This document shows, piece after piece, positions 1 to 10,100 of a DNA stretch of 64,000 nucleotides (position 1 is the first letter of the stretch; the number at the start of each line of letters is the position of its first letter). The DNA is from Candidatus Methanosuratincola verstraetei. GTDB lineage: Archaea; Thermoproteota; Methanomethylicia; Methanomethylicales; Methanomethylicaceae. The notes under the pieces were generated by a model, which saw only the letters and a program-made list of their open reading frames with translations, ran no database searches and was not told the DNA's origin. The stretch lies in NCBI GenBank assembly GCA_049570475.1, contig CP186953.1, positions 967,658 to 1,031,657 on the forward strand, written 5' to 3'. A program made the position numbers and the translations under genes.

Positions 1-11
1 ACTAACGGAGT

Positions 12-848
12 ATGAAAATTTTGAGGATCTCAAGAGTGGGGATTGTCGCCAAGCCGAATTCTGAGGAGGCCGCGAGGGTAGCCTTGGACGCGGGGCGTTT
101 TCTCTCCTCGAGAGGGATCGAGGTGATCCGCCCTGCAGAGTTGGCGAAAGCGGATGGTTGCGGACCGAATCCCCCTCCAGCCGACCTTGTCGTTGTTGTG
201 GGCGGTGACGGCACAATAATGCGGACTGCCCAAATGGTGGGATCGACGCCATTGCTCGGCATAAAGGTTGGTGCTCGGGGCTTCCTCTGCGAGACTATCC
301 CTGAAGAGGCGATCGCCACACTAACCCGCGTCTTAGAGGGCAAGACCTACCTCGAATATAAGACCAAGCTTTCGGTAGCCCTAAAGGGGCGCCAGCTCCC
401 TGATGCGTTGAACGAGGCACTTGTGACCTCCGCGAGGCCTTCGAAGATAATCCGTTTTTCAGTCTCTGCAGACGGGAAGACCATTCATCGCGGGATGGCT
501 GATGGCGTCATTGTATCCACGACTACAGGGGCGACAGCATACGCCCTCTCTGCCGGAGGCCCGATCATCGATCCTGGCTTAGATGTCATTGAGGTGGTAT
601 TCGTATGCCCGCTCCATCACGGGGTGCGCCCAGTAATCCTGCCCCCGTCTGCAAGGGTCGAGGTCACTTTGTTGCCCGGTTCATCCGGAGGTCTGCTGAT
701 GTTGGATGGACAAGTCTCTGTCGACCTAGAAGATGGTGAAAAAATCCTCGTTGAGAAGTCTAGGTCGCCGGCTGTCTTCCTTAGAACTGCTCCCGTGGAC
801 TTTTATGATAAGGTTAGGAAATCTCTGAATATGGGGTTTGAGGGATAG
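12..848 (+). CDS. nadK: NAD kinase (ATP-NAD/NADH kinase)
   Basis: GGDGT motif (VVVGGDGTIMRTAQ) and overall NadK/PpnK architecture, full-length 278 aa. Confidence 0.85.
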   Translation: MKILRISRVGIVAKPNSEEAARVALDAGRFLSSRGIEVIRPAELAKADGCGPNPPPADLVVVVGGDGTIMRTAQMVGSTPLLGIKVGARGFLCETIPEEAIATLTRVLEGKTYLEYKTKLSVALKGRQLPDALNEALVTSARPSKIIRFSVSADGKTIHRGMADGVIVSTTTGATAYALSAGGPIIDPGLDVIEVVFVCPLHHGVRPVILPPSARVEVTLLPGSSGGLLMLDGQVSVDLEDGEKILVEKSRSPAVFLRTAPVDFYDKVRKSLNMGFEG

Positions 849-1378
849 TGGTCTCCAAGACTTATGTGCTCGACACGTCGGCAATAATTTACGGCTTCAA
901 CCCGCGGCTAGTCGAGGGGACCCATTACATAACCCCTGGCGTCGAGGCCGAGCTTTACGCTGGAAGGACGCGGTCTGTGACAGAGGTCTCAATCGCCAGC
1001 GGGCGCCTTAGAGTCAGGGCACCGCGACCCGAGTATGTGGCGGTGGTGAAAACCCGCGCCTCCTCGACTGGGGACCTCACCGTGCTTTCTGAGACCGATC
1101 TCGAGGTAGTTGCACTCGCGCTCGAGCTGGAAGGCGAGGGGGAGAATGTCCTTGTCGTGAGCGACGACTATAGCCTTCAGAACCTATGCACCCTTCTTTC
1201 GATAAACTTCAAGCCGATGGTAACAAAGGGGATATCCGAGGAGTTCTGGTGGTTCCTTTACTGCCCTGCATGCGGGGCTACGTACGACCAGTCGAAGAAG
1301 CTAACCGCTTGCCAAGTGTGCGGGCATTCGCTCAAAAGGAAGGTCTACAGCAAGAGGAAGATCACCGGGTCCTTCTGA
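848..1378 (+). CDS. Nob1-like PIN-domain endonuclease with C-terminal zinc ribbon
   Basis: N-terminal PIN fold (YVLDTSAII) followed by CPACG...CQVCG Zn-ribbon; size typical of archaeal Nob1. Confidence 0.6.
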   Translation: MVSKTYVLDTSAIIYGFNPRLVEGTHYITPGVEAELYAGRTRSVTEVSIASGRLRVRAPRPEYVAVVKTRASSTGDLTVLSETDLEVVALALELEGEGENVLVVSDDYSLQNLCTLLSINFKPMVTKGISEEFWWFLYCPACGATYDQSKKLTACQVCGHSLKRKVYSKRKITGSF

Positions 1379-2522
1379 ACCTGGCAATGAAATACCCTGG
1401 CGTTTCGCTAACATCTGGGTCAAACCTGATGCACTCCTTGAGCCCTATCCCTTCCCCAGCCGCGTTCAGCTTGATTGGGGGCTCCTCAAGCTCAAGCCCG
1501 AGCTCCTCGACAGCGAACCTGACCGCCCCCTCATTTTCCTGGATCGTCAGCGTGCACGTCGAGTACACAATTACGCCCCCGGGCTTCACGATCCTTGCGG
1601 CAGCCCTCAGGAACTGCTTTTGAAATACTGCTGATGAGAAGACCTCCGCAGCAGTGGCCTCCTCGTAGAGTTTCGGCCGGACGCCGAGGGCGGTGCACGG
1701 GGGGTCGACGAGCACCCTGTCCGCCATCAGCGTTGGGCGGTCCCTGTCCAGATATCTTGAATCAGCCCTCTCGACCAAAATGGACCTGATCCCGAGGCGC
1801 TTGATCTCCTCGATCATCCTCGCTGCCCTCCTGGGGGAATGCTCGAAAGCGAAAACCCTCCCTCTTTCACGCTGTAGCTGCGCGATGTGAGTAGCCTTCC
1901 CTCCTGGCGCTGCACACATGTCAACAATTGTTTCCCCTGGCTGGGGATCCAGCACTCTCGAGGTGATTATCGCGGGGAGGCTCTGTTCCTGGATCTTCCC
2001 TTCTGAGAATAAAGTGGTCTCCCGTATCGGCGGCAGCCTGTATATGCTCTGGGACGTGGAAACGGCGATCCCATTGACGCCCCGCAATCCTGAATGTATA
2101 TTGGAAATGCCTGACCCGACCAGGTGCCCGCGGGGGTCTTCGATCCTTACGGTGTCGCCAACCTTGACCCTCTGCATCCTCATGATGCCAGGCATGTAGA
2201 GATTGCTTCCGAGCATGACGCTCTCAGCGGCGTGTTTCTTCGCGGTGATCGAATTCCCTGAGGGATCGATCTTGAACGGACCCTCGACAGATATCATTGC
2301 TGCCTCCCCGATCTGTTCATGGGCCATGCAGTCGACACCAATTGCCCTGAAGTAACTTACGACTTCATCCACGCTCCCCCTGAGGGTGTTGACCCTGACC
2401 GCATACCTGCTCGGCGGGGCGCTGAGCCTCTCCAGCACCCCCTGGAGCCTCGGACCATAAACCTCGGAAAGCAGTTCCAGAAGCCCCTCTGAATAGTGCT
2501 TCCCGCAAATCTTGCATTCCAA
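1362..2522 (-). CDS. NOL1/NOP2/Sun family RNA cytosine-C5 methyltransferase with PUA domain
   Basis: SAM-MTase motif DMCAAPGGKATHIAQL, catalytic Cys motifs (DPPCT, YSTCT), N-terminal PUA-like region. Confidence 0.8.
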   Translation of the reverse strand: MECKICGKHYSEGLLELLSEVYGPRLQGVLERLSAPPSRYAVRVNTLRGSVDEVVSYFRAIGVDCMAHEQIGEAAMISVEGPFKIDPSGNSITAKKHAAESVMLGSNLYMPGIMRMQRVKVGDTVRIEDPRGHLVGSGISNIHSGLRGVNGIAVSTSQSIYRLPPIRETTLFSEGKIQEQSLPAIITSRVLDPQPGETIVDMCAAPGGKATHIAQLQRERGRVFAFEHSPRRAARMIEEIKRLGIRSILVERADSRYLDRDRPTLMADRVLVDPPCTALGVRPKLYEEATAAEVFSSAVFQKQFLRAAARIVKPGGVIVYSTCTLTIQENEGAVRFAVEELGLELEEPPIKLNAAGEGIGLKECIRFDPDVSETPGYFIARFRRTR

Positions 2523-2582
2523 GGCCCTTCCCCGGCTATCCAGAGGAGAACAGTTATTTTAGTGTGCCTTCGATAAATCCCT

Positions 2583-3032
2583 GTGCAGCCTATGCCGTTA
2601 GGAATCTTGTCAAGAAAAGAGGAAGGGTTCAGCGTAGAAAGGCTAATCTCGCTTGCAAAGTCGAGCCTGGGGGTAGGATCCTATGGTGCCCTAATTACCT
2701 TCATCGGGACAGTTAGAGGATCTACCCGCGGAGGATCGAGGGTGGTTCGACTGGAGTACGAGGCATACGAGGAGTCGGCAAAGGAATTGCTCCAGAGTAT
2801 AGCCGAAGACATTTCAAAGATCGACGGGGTCAGGGACGTTTTCATATGCCACAGGTATGGCACATTTGTACCGGGCGAAGAAGTTCTCTTTGTCGCGGTA
2901 GCCTCTGAGAGGAGCGACTCTGGTTTCGAGGCTGTGCGCCAGGCTGTCTACAGGGTTAAACATGAGGTGCCCATCTGGAAGAAGGAGATAACGGAAGACG
3001 GGGGATATTGGGTTGGGGCAGAGGGGGCTTAA
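2583..3032 (+). CDS. moaE: molybdopterin synthase catalytic subunit MoaE
   Basis: MoaE-like core (ITFIGTVRG...LEYEAYEE...), about 150 aa. Confidence 0.65.
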   Translation: MQPMPLGILSRKEEGFSVERLISLAKSSLGVGSYGALITFIGTVRGSTRGGSRVVRLEYEAYEESAKELLQSIAEDISKIDGVRDVFICHRYGTFVPGEEVLFVAVASERSDSGFEAVRQAVYRVKHEVPIWKKEITEDGGYWVGAEGA

Positions 3033-3103
3033 GCCCGGCGCAGCCAAGATGTTCCGATTCCCAACAGCATCTTTTTGAAGGTAGCCAGCGCCTATCTAGG
3101 CGC

Positions 3104-4297
3104 CTAAATCCTGATCCCAAGGATCCCTTCAACAGCGTCGAAAACCCTCCAAGCCCCGGTGAAATCCTTCTCTTTCCCTTCCGCAATCTCCCAGGCCAGC
3201 CTCTCCGCGATAGTCAGAGCATCTCCAGTCCTCAGGTCATCGTCGAGGCTGCCGAAAAACATGTCTGCATAGTCCTTGACACATACGCTCATGCCTCCCT
3301 CGCCCCTGCCATTTCTGGCAATTTTTGCACCTTCTCTGAGTGTCTGCAGCCTCCTCTCGGCACCTTCCAGGCCATCTTCAGAGTACTCGATCTTCTCACG
3401 GTAGTGCCTTTGCAGGAGGAATGCCCTAAGCGTATCTCCGGAAAACTTTTCCAAGACGTCTCTTATGTATACGGGGCGCCCTGATGACTTTGACATCTTG
3501 TCACCGCCCATAAGGACGAAGTTGTTGTGAATCCAATACTTCACGAAAACTTTCCCGAAAATCGCCTTTGAGAGCAGCGCTTCGCATTCATGATGCGGGT
3601 AGATGAGATCCATCCCTCCCCAATGGACGTCGAACTGGGATCCTAGCGAATCCGTGGACATCACCACGCACTGTATGTGCCAGCCGGGCCTCCCCCTGCC
3701 TAAGGGGGAATCCCATGTCTCCTCACCCTCCTTCCCCTGCCTCCAAAGCGTGAAGTCAAAAGGCCCCTTCTTCGACCCAGCCTCGATCTTGTCTGTGACT
3801 GCTTCCTCAACGTTCGAGATGAGCTCTCCGAAACCTCCTGCCTTCTGGACGTCGAAGTATATCGCGTTACCCGACCTGTATGCTAAACCTCGCTCAAGCA
3901 ACCTCTCTATTGCCTCTGCAATCCTCGGGATAAACTCCGACACCCTTGTGTAAACCGTTGCCCTCTTCACTCCGAGAGCGTCCATATCCTTGAAGTATTC
4001 TTGGATAAAGTAATCCGCGATCTCGCTCGGGGTCTTCCCTCGTGCAACTGCGCGCTCGGTTATCTTGTCGTCTATGTCCGTGAAATTCTGGACATGAATG
4101 AACTCGTAGCCGAGGGCTTCGAGGTATCTCCTGAAAACGTCGAAGTTTATGTATGTCCTGGCGTGCCCAATGTGGCAATAGTCGTATACCGTAGGTCCGC
4201 ATATGTATGCCTTCACCTTTCCCGGCTCAGATGTGATCAATTCCTCTTTGTTTCCGCTCTTGGTATTGAATACCTGCAAGTCATCACCCCAACTCAA
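3104..4297 (-). CDS. cysS: cysteinyl-tRNA synthetase (short form)
   Basis: class I HIGH motif (CGPTVYDYCHIGHARTY) and KMSKS motif (KMSKSSG). Confidence 0.85.
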   Translation of the reverse strand: MSWGDDLQVFNTKSGNKEELITSEPGKVKAYICGPTVYDYCHIGHARTYINFDVFRRYLEALGYEFIHVQNFTDIDDKITERAVARGKTPSEIADYFIQEYFKDMDALGVKRATVYTRVSEFIPRIAEAIERLLERGLAYRSGNAIYFDVQKAGGFGELISNVEEAVTDKIEAGSKKGPFDFTLWRQGKEGEETWDSPLGRGRPGWHIQCVVMSTDSLGSQFDVHWGGMDLIYPHHECEALLSKAIFGKVFVKYWIHNNFVLMGGDKMSKSSGRPVYIRDVLEKFSGDTLRAFLLQRHYREKIEYSEDGLEGAERRLQTLREGAKIARNGRGEGGMSVCVKDYADMFFGSLDDDLRTGDALTIAERLAWEIAEGKEKDFTGAWRVFDAVEGILGIRI

Positions 4298-5069
4298 GTC
4301 CAGCGAAAGCGACTGCCCTGCAGCGATCTATCTTCAGCGGGGCGCCCAGATATAGCCTGCTGATCCTCTCCTCGTATTTCAGGGGCTTGATCCCTTCCTC
4401 CAGAACCACTGCCTTGGCATTCGGTCCAGCCAACACCAGCGCGCCGATAAGGAGCTCATTTCCAGTCCCGGTCTTGCCTGAGATCACAGGTCCGACTGAT
4501 GGCTCAACAGGATCCCTCCTGACTATGGCGAATCCATCGCCCCCTTCAGGCTTCAGGACCATCCCTCTCTTCGCCAGCTCTTTGATAACCTTGCGCCTCT
4601 CATAGCCGAAGCATTCTTGATCCATCCGAATCATCGATTCGTCCAATTCAGTCCCAATGACAGATCCCGTTCTCCCCTGGATCCTGTCCCGATCCTTCAG
4701 TGAAACAAGATAAGCCTCAATGTCGATCTTGAACTCGTTTGCTTCATAGAAGCCTGTCGATCGTTCGTAGGAAAATAGTGCAACCGTTTTTTTTCCTTTG
4801 AGCAGCCTTTTGCATTCTGAGAGTATCTCCCCGCCAATGCCGTGCCCCCTCTCCTTGGGCCTTACAAGCAGGTTTGAGATCCATCCTGTGTCCCCATAGT
4901 CAAATACCGTGACCATTCCTATCATTTCGCCCTGATTGGCTGCAACAAATGTCTTCCCGCCAACTAGGCTGAACCAATGGAAGTCGTCCTCGGTGTAATT
5001 CCACCCCTCCTTTTCCGTCATTAGGACGAGCTCCGGGAAATCCTTCGGCTCAGCTTCCCTGATCTCCAT
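4284..5069 (-). CDS. GNAT-family N-acetyltransferase with extra C-terminal domain
   Basis: acetyl-CoA binding motif RGHGIGGEIL; probable start at internal Met (MEIREAEP); overlaps cysS start by 14 nt. Confidence 0.55.
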   Translation of the reverse strand: MEIREAEPKDFPELVLMTEKEGWNYTEDDFHWFSLVGGKTFVAANQGEMIGMVTVFDYGDTGWISNLLVRPKERGHGIGGEILSECKRLLKGKKTVALFSYERSTGFYEANEFKIDIEAYLVSLKDRDRIQGRTGSVIGTELDESMIRMDQECFGYERRKVIKELAKRGMVLKPEGGDGFAIVRRDPVEPSVGPVISGKTGTGNELLIGALVLAGPNAKAVVLEEGIKPLKYEERISRLYLGAPLKIDRCRAVAFAGLELG

Positions 5070-5220
5070 CGTTGTCAGATCCCTTGCCCTTGTAGATCTC
5101 GTCGCAAATGTGCTCCCCGTGCGTGATGAACTTTTTGTCTCCACGCGCGTGCTTTACACTGCATGGGCCATAGTCATCGTCCTCTGCGCCGTACCACTTC
5201 TCGCACGACTTGCAACGCAT
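5053..5220 (-). CDS. small Cys/His-rich putative zinc-binding protein (56 aa; absent from the ORF track because it is under 60 aa)
   Basis: manual translation MRCKSCEKWYGAEDDDYGPCSVKHARGDKKFITHGEHICDEIYKGKGSDNDGDQGS; C-x2-C...C...H-x4-H-x-C spacing. Confidence 0.3.
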
Positions 5221-5238
5221 GGCTATTTACGCTCTCCT

Positions 5239-5526
5239 TTACTCCGGCCTCCCCGCAGCAATCCAATTTTCAATTCCTTCCCTCACTATCCTTTCAACCA
5301 GGGTCTCCTCCTCCTTTATGAGGACATCCCCGAGCTTGATTACAGGGGTCTTATCGCAGTCGAGCATGAGAAGCTCTGCCATCGCCTCAGAGTCTTTTTC
5401 TGTGTCCTTCTCCTCGACGAGGTCTTCATACTCGAGACCCATCGTGACTAAAACCCGGCTCAGGATGAACTTGGCGATCGGGCATCTCGTGCAAGAAGGA
5501 GACTTGTAGAGCTTGATCTTGCCCAT
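5239..5526 (-). CDS. glutaredoxin/thioredoxin-like small redox protein
   Basis: KIKLYKSPSCTRCP CxxC active site in thioredoxin-fold context; start chosen at MGKIKLY (the ORF extends to 5586). Confidence 0.5.
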   Translation of the reverse strand: MGKIKLYKSPSCTRCPIAKFILSRVLVTMGLEYEDLVEEKDTEKDSEAMAELLMLDCDKTPVIKLGDVLIKEEETLVERIVREGIENWIAAGRPE

Positions 5527-5592
5527 CTTCTCACCGCATTTTCCATCTTGCATAAGTGGTTTATCTAGGCTGCGCAAGAAATCCATTGCATA

Positions 5593-6249
5593 CTACCTGT
5601 AAATCGATGCCCTCATCGGGCACCTCCTTATAAACTCCTTCTCAACCTCGATCCTAAGCTTCTCGTCCAGCTCCTGCTGTGCTTTGGATATACCCCTCAG
5701 ATCGGGGTGCTGCAGGAAGGGCCCTCCCAAGATCCCTCCTGCCTCAGAATCTATCCTTTCTAAAGGTACGGGGTCGCTCTCTAGGATCTTTCCGATGATC
5801 CTCTGCACGCCCTCGGTAACGAAGTTTTCCTTTGATATCTTCTCGAACAGTTCTGGCGGGACAGGTCTAAAGCCAAAATGGTAGCCTGATCCGATTGACG
5901 CGCCTAGGTTACCCGGCTCAAATCGGGTCCCAAAGCCAATGTTCTCAGAAGGGCTAATCATCATAGTCTTGATCCTATACCCAATATCCGGACCGATGAC
6001 TATTGCATTCCCTCTCAGGTCTGAGGCCATGTGCCATCCAATCGGCTTCTTGTTGTACTTCTCAATGATCTCCCTGAGAATCTCTTCAGCTGCGAGCATC
6101 TCTGGCATATTGCCCCAACAGGGTATCGCAGAATCGGGATAATAACATTTTTGCATCATTTTAACATTAGGCTTGAATGCCAATGGATCGCATCTGGGAT
6201 TTTGGGATGGGTCGTTGGTGTCGCCTTTCCAATAGAATTTAATGTACAT
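5593..6249 (-). CDS. conserved hypothetical protein (Gly-rich, unknown function)
   Basis: long ORF with protein-like composition, co-directional with grx-like gene; no family recognised. Confidence 0.4.
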   Translation of the reverse strand: MYIKFYWKGDTNDPSQNPRCDPLAFKPNVKMMQKCYYPDSAIPCWGNMPEMLAAEEILREIIEKYNKKPIGWHMASDLRGNAIVIGPDIGYRIKTMMISPSENIGFGTRFEPGNLGASIGSGYHFGFRPVPPELFEKISKENFVTEGVQRIIGKILESDPVPLERIDSEAGGILGGPFLQHPDLRGISKAQQELDEKLRIEVEKEFIRRCPMRASIYR

Positions 6250-6400
6250 TTTAGTACAATTATGTTTATATATTTCTATAAAAAACCATTTCGGTACATA
6301 TTGATGTGGTGAAGCGGCCCTTGGATGGTGTGCTCATAATACTCACAGTTGGCGGGGCGGTCTTGGCAGCAGTGAATTTCTTTTTCAGCATAAGGGAGAG

Positions 6401-7876
6401 GTGACTAGTACGGATCTCTTGCCGATAGCAGTCATCTTTGCATACGTCACATTGATCCTTGTTATCGCGGCTATTGGGGGTAGGAAGAACAAGGCTGTAG
6501 TGGATTTCCTTCTTTCCAACAGAAGCCTTGGGCCCGTACTGCTGGCTTTCTCCTACACAACGACTTATTTCAGCTCTGCCGCTTTCCTGGGGGGCGGAGG
6601 GATGGGCTTTCTCCTTGGGTTCCAGTGGAGCGCCTTTCTCTTCTTTTTCCATGTCCTCTTTGCGGTATTGGCATGGGCGATCATTGCACCTAAAATAAAG
6701 CAATTTGCCGATCTCTCCGGATCGATGACCGTATCAGAGTTCTTGGGCAGAAGGTACTCCTCGAGGGCTCTTCAGCTCGTCTCTGCTCTGGTGTTTATTT
6801 TTTTCATGGAGTTTTATTTGATATCGATATTCAAGGGCGCAGGCAACATTCTCCAGGTGCTTCTCGAGATTCCCTACTCCCAAGCCCTTCTGATAGTAGC
6901 GGTTCCTGCGCTCCTTTACGCGAGTATCGGGGGTTTCAGGGGGAATGTAGCGGTCAGCCTTCTCCAGGGCGTCTTGATGATTTCGTCGGCCCTTGTCCTG
7001 ATTGGCGGGATCCTTCTTCGGACTGGCGGCTGGGATGCGGCTCTCTCGCTTTTGAATGAGGTCCGTCTCAGTGGGTGGGGGAATGGGATCTCTCTGCTCT
7101 CTTTCCCAGGACCGGCGCCTTCTGCAGTTTCCGCAGCGGGGGCCACAATCCCATACATACTCTCGCTTACATTTGCGATAAGTTTCGCTCAGATGACCAG
7201 CCCGCACATGGTCGTGCAGTTTTACAGCGCGCGGGGCGCCTCTGTCATCAGGTTGGGGAGGGCGATAGCCCCGATCCTGATCGCAGTCTTCGCCTTTGCC
7301 GTGTTCTTCTCCGGTCCCTTTGGGTGGGCAGTCATCTCTGACCCAGCCGTGCTCCGACAGTGTCTTTCTAACCCAGACCTTGTCGTACCCTCCATCGCAG
7401 TTTCAATATTCGGCACCGGGTTCGGGTCGTTCCTGCTAGTGTCAATACTCGCCGCCGCGATGTCCACTCTTGCACCCATATGCATAATGCTCTCCGGATC
7501 GTTGCTAAGGGATGTGGTATCCGCAGCAAGTCCGAAAGCAAGCGAACGCGTGCTCGCCCTCAGGCTGGCGACCATCCTGTTCGGGGTCGTTCCGCTTCTG
7601 CTCGCTCTCAATCCCCCTGACGTTATCGTCGGGATTGTAGGCGTGGCATTCTCAGCAATCTCCTCTGCCTTCTTTGCCCCGCTGATCGGGGGGCTGTACT
7701 TGAAAAGGATCTCGCGGCTAGGCGCAACAGCCTCCGTTATCTCGGCTGCATTGACATGCGTGATCTGGCAGCTATGCTTCTATTCCAACTCATTCGTGTA
7801 CCCTATAATCCCGGGGATCTTGATCGGCACATTAGTGTATTTGGCTTTCATTGTGAAGGTGATTAGGAATGGATGA
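6401..7876 (+). CDS. sodium:solute symporter family (SSF) transporter
   Basis: about 13 predicted TM helices, SSF-like N-terminal region; overlaps downstream paaK by 8 nt. Confidence 0.75.
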   Translation: MTSTDLLPIAVIFAYVTLILVIAAIGGRKNKAVVDFLLSNRSLGPVLLAFSYTTTYFSSAAFLGGGGMGFLLGFQWSAFLFFFHVLFAVLAWAIIAPKIKQFADLSGSMTVSEFLGRRYSSRALQLVSALVFIFFMEFYLISIFKGAGNILQVLLEIPYSQALLIVAVPALLYASIGGFRGNVAVSLLQGVLMISSALVLIGGILLRTGGWDAALSLLNEVRLSGWGNGISLLSFPGPAPSAVSAAGATIPYILSLTFAISFAQMTSPHMVVQFYSARGASVIRLGRAIAPILIAVFAFAVFFSGPFGWAVISDPAVLRQCLSNPDLVVPSIAVSIFGTGFGSFLLVSILAAAMSTLAPICIMLSGSLLRDVVSAASPKASERVLALRLATILFGVVPLLLALNPPDVIVGIVGVAFSAISSAFFAPLIGGLYLKRISRLGATASVISAALTCVIWQLCFYSNSFVYPIIPGILIGTLVYLAFIVKVIRNG

Positions 7877-9173
7877 AATGTGGAACCGTCGCTTGGAGTC
7901 GCTTGACAGAGAATCCATCAAAAAGATCCAGCTGGAGAGGCTGAAGCTGACAGTTAGGCGTCTGTACGAAAATGTTCCCTTCTACCGCTCTGCATTCAAG
8001 AGTAGGGGGGTGTCCCCAGATGATATAAGATCTCTTGACGATCTGAAGAGGCTCCCCATGGTCTCGAAGCATGATCTGCGGGAGAACTACCCTTTTGGCC
8101 TCCTCGCAGTGCCTAGGGAGGAATGCGTCAGGGTACACGCCTCTTCAGGGACGACAGGAAAGCCAACCCTCGTGCTATACACCCGCGAGGACTTGCAGAA
8201 CTGGACTGAGATTATGTGCAGGTGCCTTTACATGAGCGGTCTGAGGCGAGGTGATGTATTCCAGGTTACGCCCGGTTATGGGCTATTTACGGGAGGCCTC
8301 GGTTTCCATTATGGGGGAGAGGCGATAGGGGCGACTGTCGTCCCAACAGGTACAGGGAACACCGAGAGGCAGATAAACCTCATGCGGGACCTCGGCACAA
8401 CGATGATCGCCGGAATCGCGAGCTACGCCCTCCACATCGCAGAGGTCGCGTCAGAGATGGGGGTCGATGTAAAGAAGGATCTTCAGGTCAGGAAAGGGAT
8501 ATTCGGCGCCGAGGCCTGGAGCGACTCGATGATGAAGAAGATCTCGGATGTCTGGGACATGGACTGCCACGACATATACGGGATGTCCGAGATGTACGGC
8601 CCAGGGGTGGGGTGCAACTGCTCTCACGGCGAGGGGCTGCACATATGGGAAGATCACTTCATCGTCGAGATCATAGATCCCTCCACCGGAGAGCCTCTGG
8701 GCCCAGAGGAGGAGGGGGAAGTTGTCCTGACCTCGCTGACCAAGACCGCAATGCCAATGCTGAGGTTTAGGACCCGGGACATGTCCAAGCTGTTGGATAC
8801 AAACGGGTGCGAATGCGGGAGGACCCACCAGCGGATAGCGCGCATCAAAGGGAGGTGCGATGACGCGTTCTCGATCAACGGGGTGAAGGTATTCCCGGGC
8901 CAGGTCGAATACGTCTTGATGAAATACCCCGAGGTGGGGATGAACTACCAGCTCGTCGTAGAGAAGGCAGGCGCGCTAGATCAGCTGACAGTCCTTGTTG
9001 AGGCAAACTGCAAAAGCCCGCAAGACGATTCCGCAAAGTCGCTGGAAAAGGTGCTATTCAGGGATCTCAGAACGATCTTGGGCTTCCAGCCCACGGTGAG
9101 GGTCCTGCCGCCTATGTCGATCGAAAGGCGAGATGGCAAGGCCAGGCGTGTCTTGGACCTGAGGATGAAGTGA
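7869..9173 (+). CDS. paaK: phenylacetate-CoA ligase (coenzyme F390 synthetase-like)
   Basis: PaaK N-terminal signature (RLYENVPFYR...VHASSGTTGKPT), AMP-binding fold, 434 aa. Confidence 0.85.
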   Translation: MDEMWNRRLESLDRESIKKIQLERLKLTVRRLYENVPFYRSAFKSRGVSPDDIRSLDDLKRLPMVSKHDLRENYPFGLLAVPREECVRVHASSGTTGKPTLVLYTREDLQNWTEIMCRCLYMSGLRRGDVFQVTPGYGLFTGGLGFHYGGEAIGATVVPTGTGNTERQINLMRDLGTTMIAGIASYALHIAEVASEMGVDVKKDLQVRKGIFGAEAWSDSMMKKISDVWDMDCHDIYGMSEMYGPGVGCNCSHGEGLHIWEDHFIVEIIDPSTGEPLGPEEEGEVVLTSLTKTAMPMLRFRTRDMSKLLDTNGCECGRTHQRIARIKGRCDDAFSINGVKVFPGQVEYVLMKYPEVGMNYQLVVEKAGALDQLTVLVEANCKSPQDDSAKSLEKVLFRDLRTILGFQPTVRVLPPMSIERRDGKARRVLDLRMK

Positions 9174-9196
9174 TCAGGCGCCCTGGTTTCTTAGTT

Positions 9197-9649
9197 TTAA
9201 ACCCCTTTCGTGAGAGCTGCACTAGAGGCAAATACACTCCACCTCTGCTGCAGACCCTCTAGCGCATACCCACTCCAGCCGACCTCCTTCCGCAACGGCC
9301 CGCCGAGGAAAAAGATATAGGCGAATGCGAAGGGAATCATCAAAAGGTTTGAGGGTGCCGCAAGCTCCGGCGTAGGGTCCCCTGTAATCACCGCCATCAG
9401 CAGCACACCACCAATGATCGCAGGCGCAATGATGAATGCTGGAATATACCAGAGCCCTATCCTGTATCTCGAAATCTTCCTTAGAAGTGACGCAACCCTC
9501 TCCTTCCCACCTTCCACATATGTCAAAACTGAGGCAGCAACCAAAGGTCCGAATGTAGCCTGGTTGTAGGGGCTGAAGAGGGAATCGTTCAACCAGGTTA
9601 CCACCTCAAATATTCCTGTCGAGATTAGCGCTTGGGAGATCCAAAACAA
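9197..9649 (-). CDS. hypothetical integral membrane protein
   Basis: 4 predicted TM segments; no family assigned. Confidence 0.35.
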   Translation of the reverse strand: MFWISQALISTGIFEVVTWLNDSLFSPYNQATFGPLVAASVLTYVEGGKERVASLLRKISRYRIGLWYIPAFIIAPAIIGGVLLMAVITGDPTPELAAPSNLLMIPFAFAYIFFLGGPLRKEVGWSGYALEGLQQRWSVFASSAALTKGV

Positions 9650-9865
9650 CCAGGAAAACGCGAAAGCATCAGGAAATAGATTGTTAGGTTCCGCCGACTT
9701 ATCGAATAACTTTGCAAAGCAACCAGCTCAAAAATACTTTCCTTTGATTTTGATTTAAAATTTTCCTTCGCTCAGGAAAGCAGCAACACTCGAGGAAGGA
9801 GAGATCGAAAGCATGAATGAAAAATTGCAGAGGCATCCGATTATTATGGACTCAGATGTTATGTT

Positions 9866-9985
9866 GGTGCGGGGAGTGGGATTCGAACCCACGAAGGCCT
9901 TCGCCATAGGAGCTTCCTGGGCGATCGGGACGGACCCGCCCCGCCACTCAGTCCTACCCCTTTGACCTGGCTTGGGAATCCCCGC
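9866..9985 (-). tRNA. tRNA-Leu (class II, long variable arm) with an intron of about 33 nt in the anticodon loop; anticodon probably GAG
   Basis: acceptor GCGGGGA/TCCCCGC, T-arm GTGGG-TTCGAAT-CCCAC, encoded CCA; 3' half identical to the tRNA-Leu(TAG) at 24094; 120 nt length implies an intron. Confidence 0.7.
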
Positions 9986-10100
9986 TCGTCAAGATTAAGG
10001 CGCAAACACTTTTTTAACCTTATCGGAACTGCCTGTGCGAACCACACCTTGGAGGGGTGCCCCTTCCAATTCTAAATTTAAATACCTCTTCGCCCCCCTT

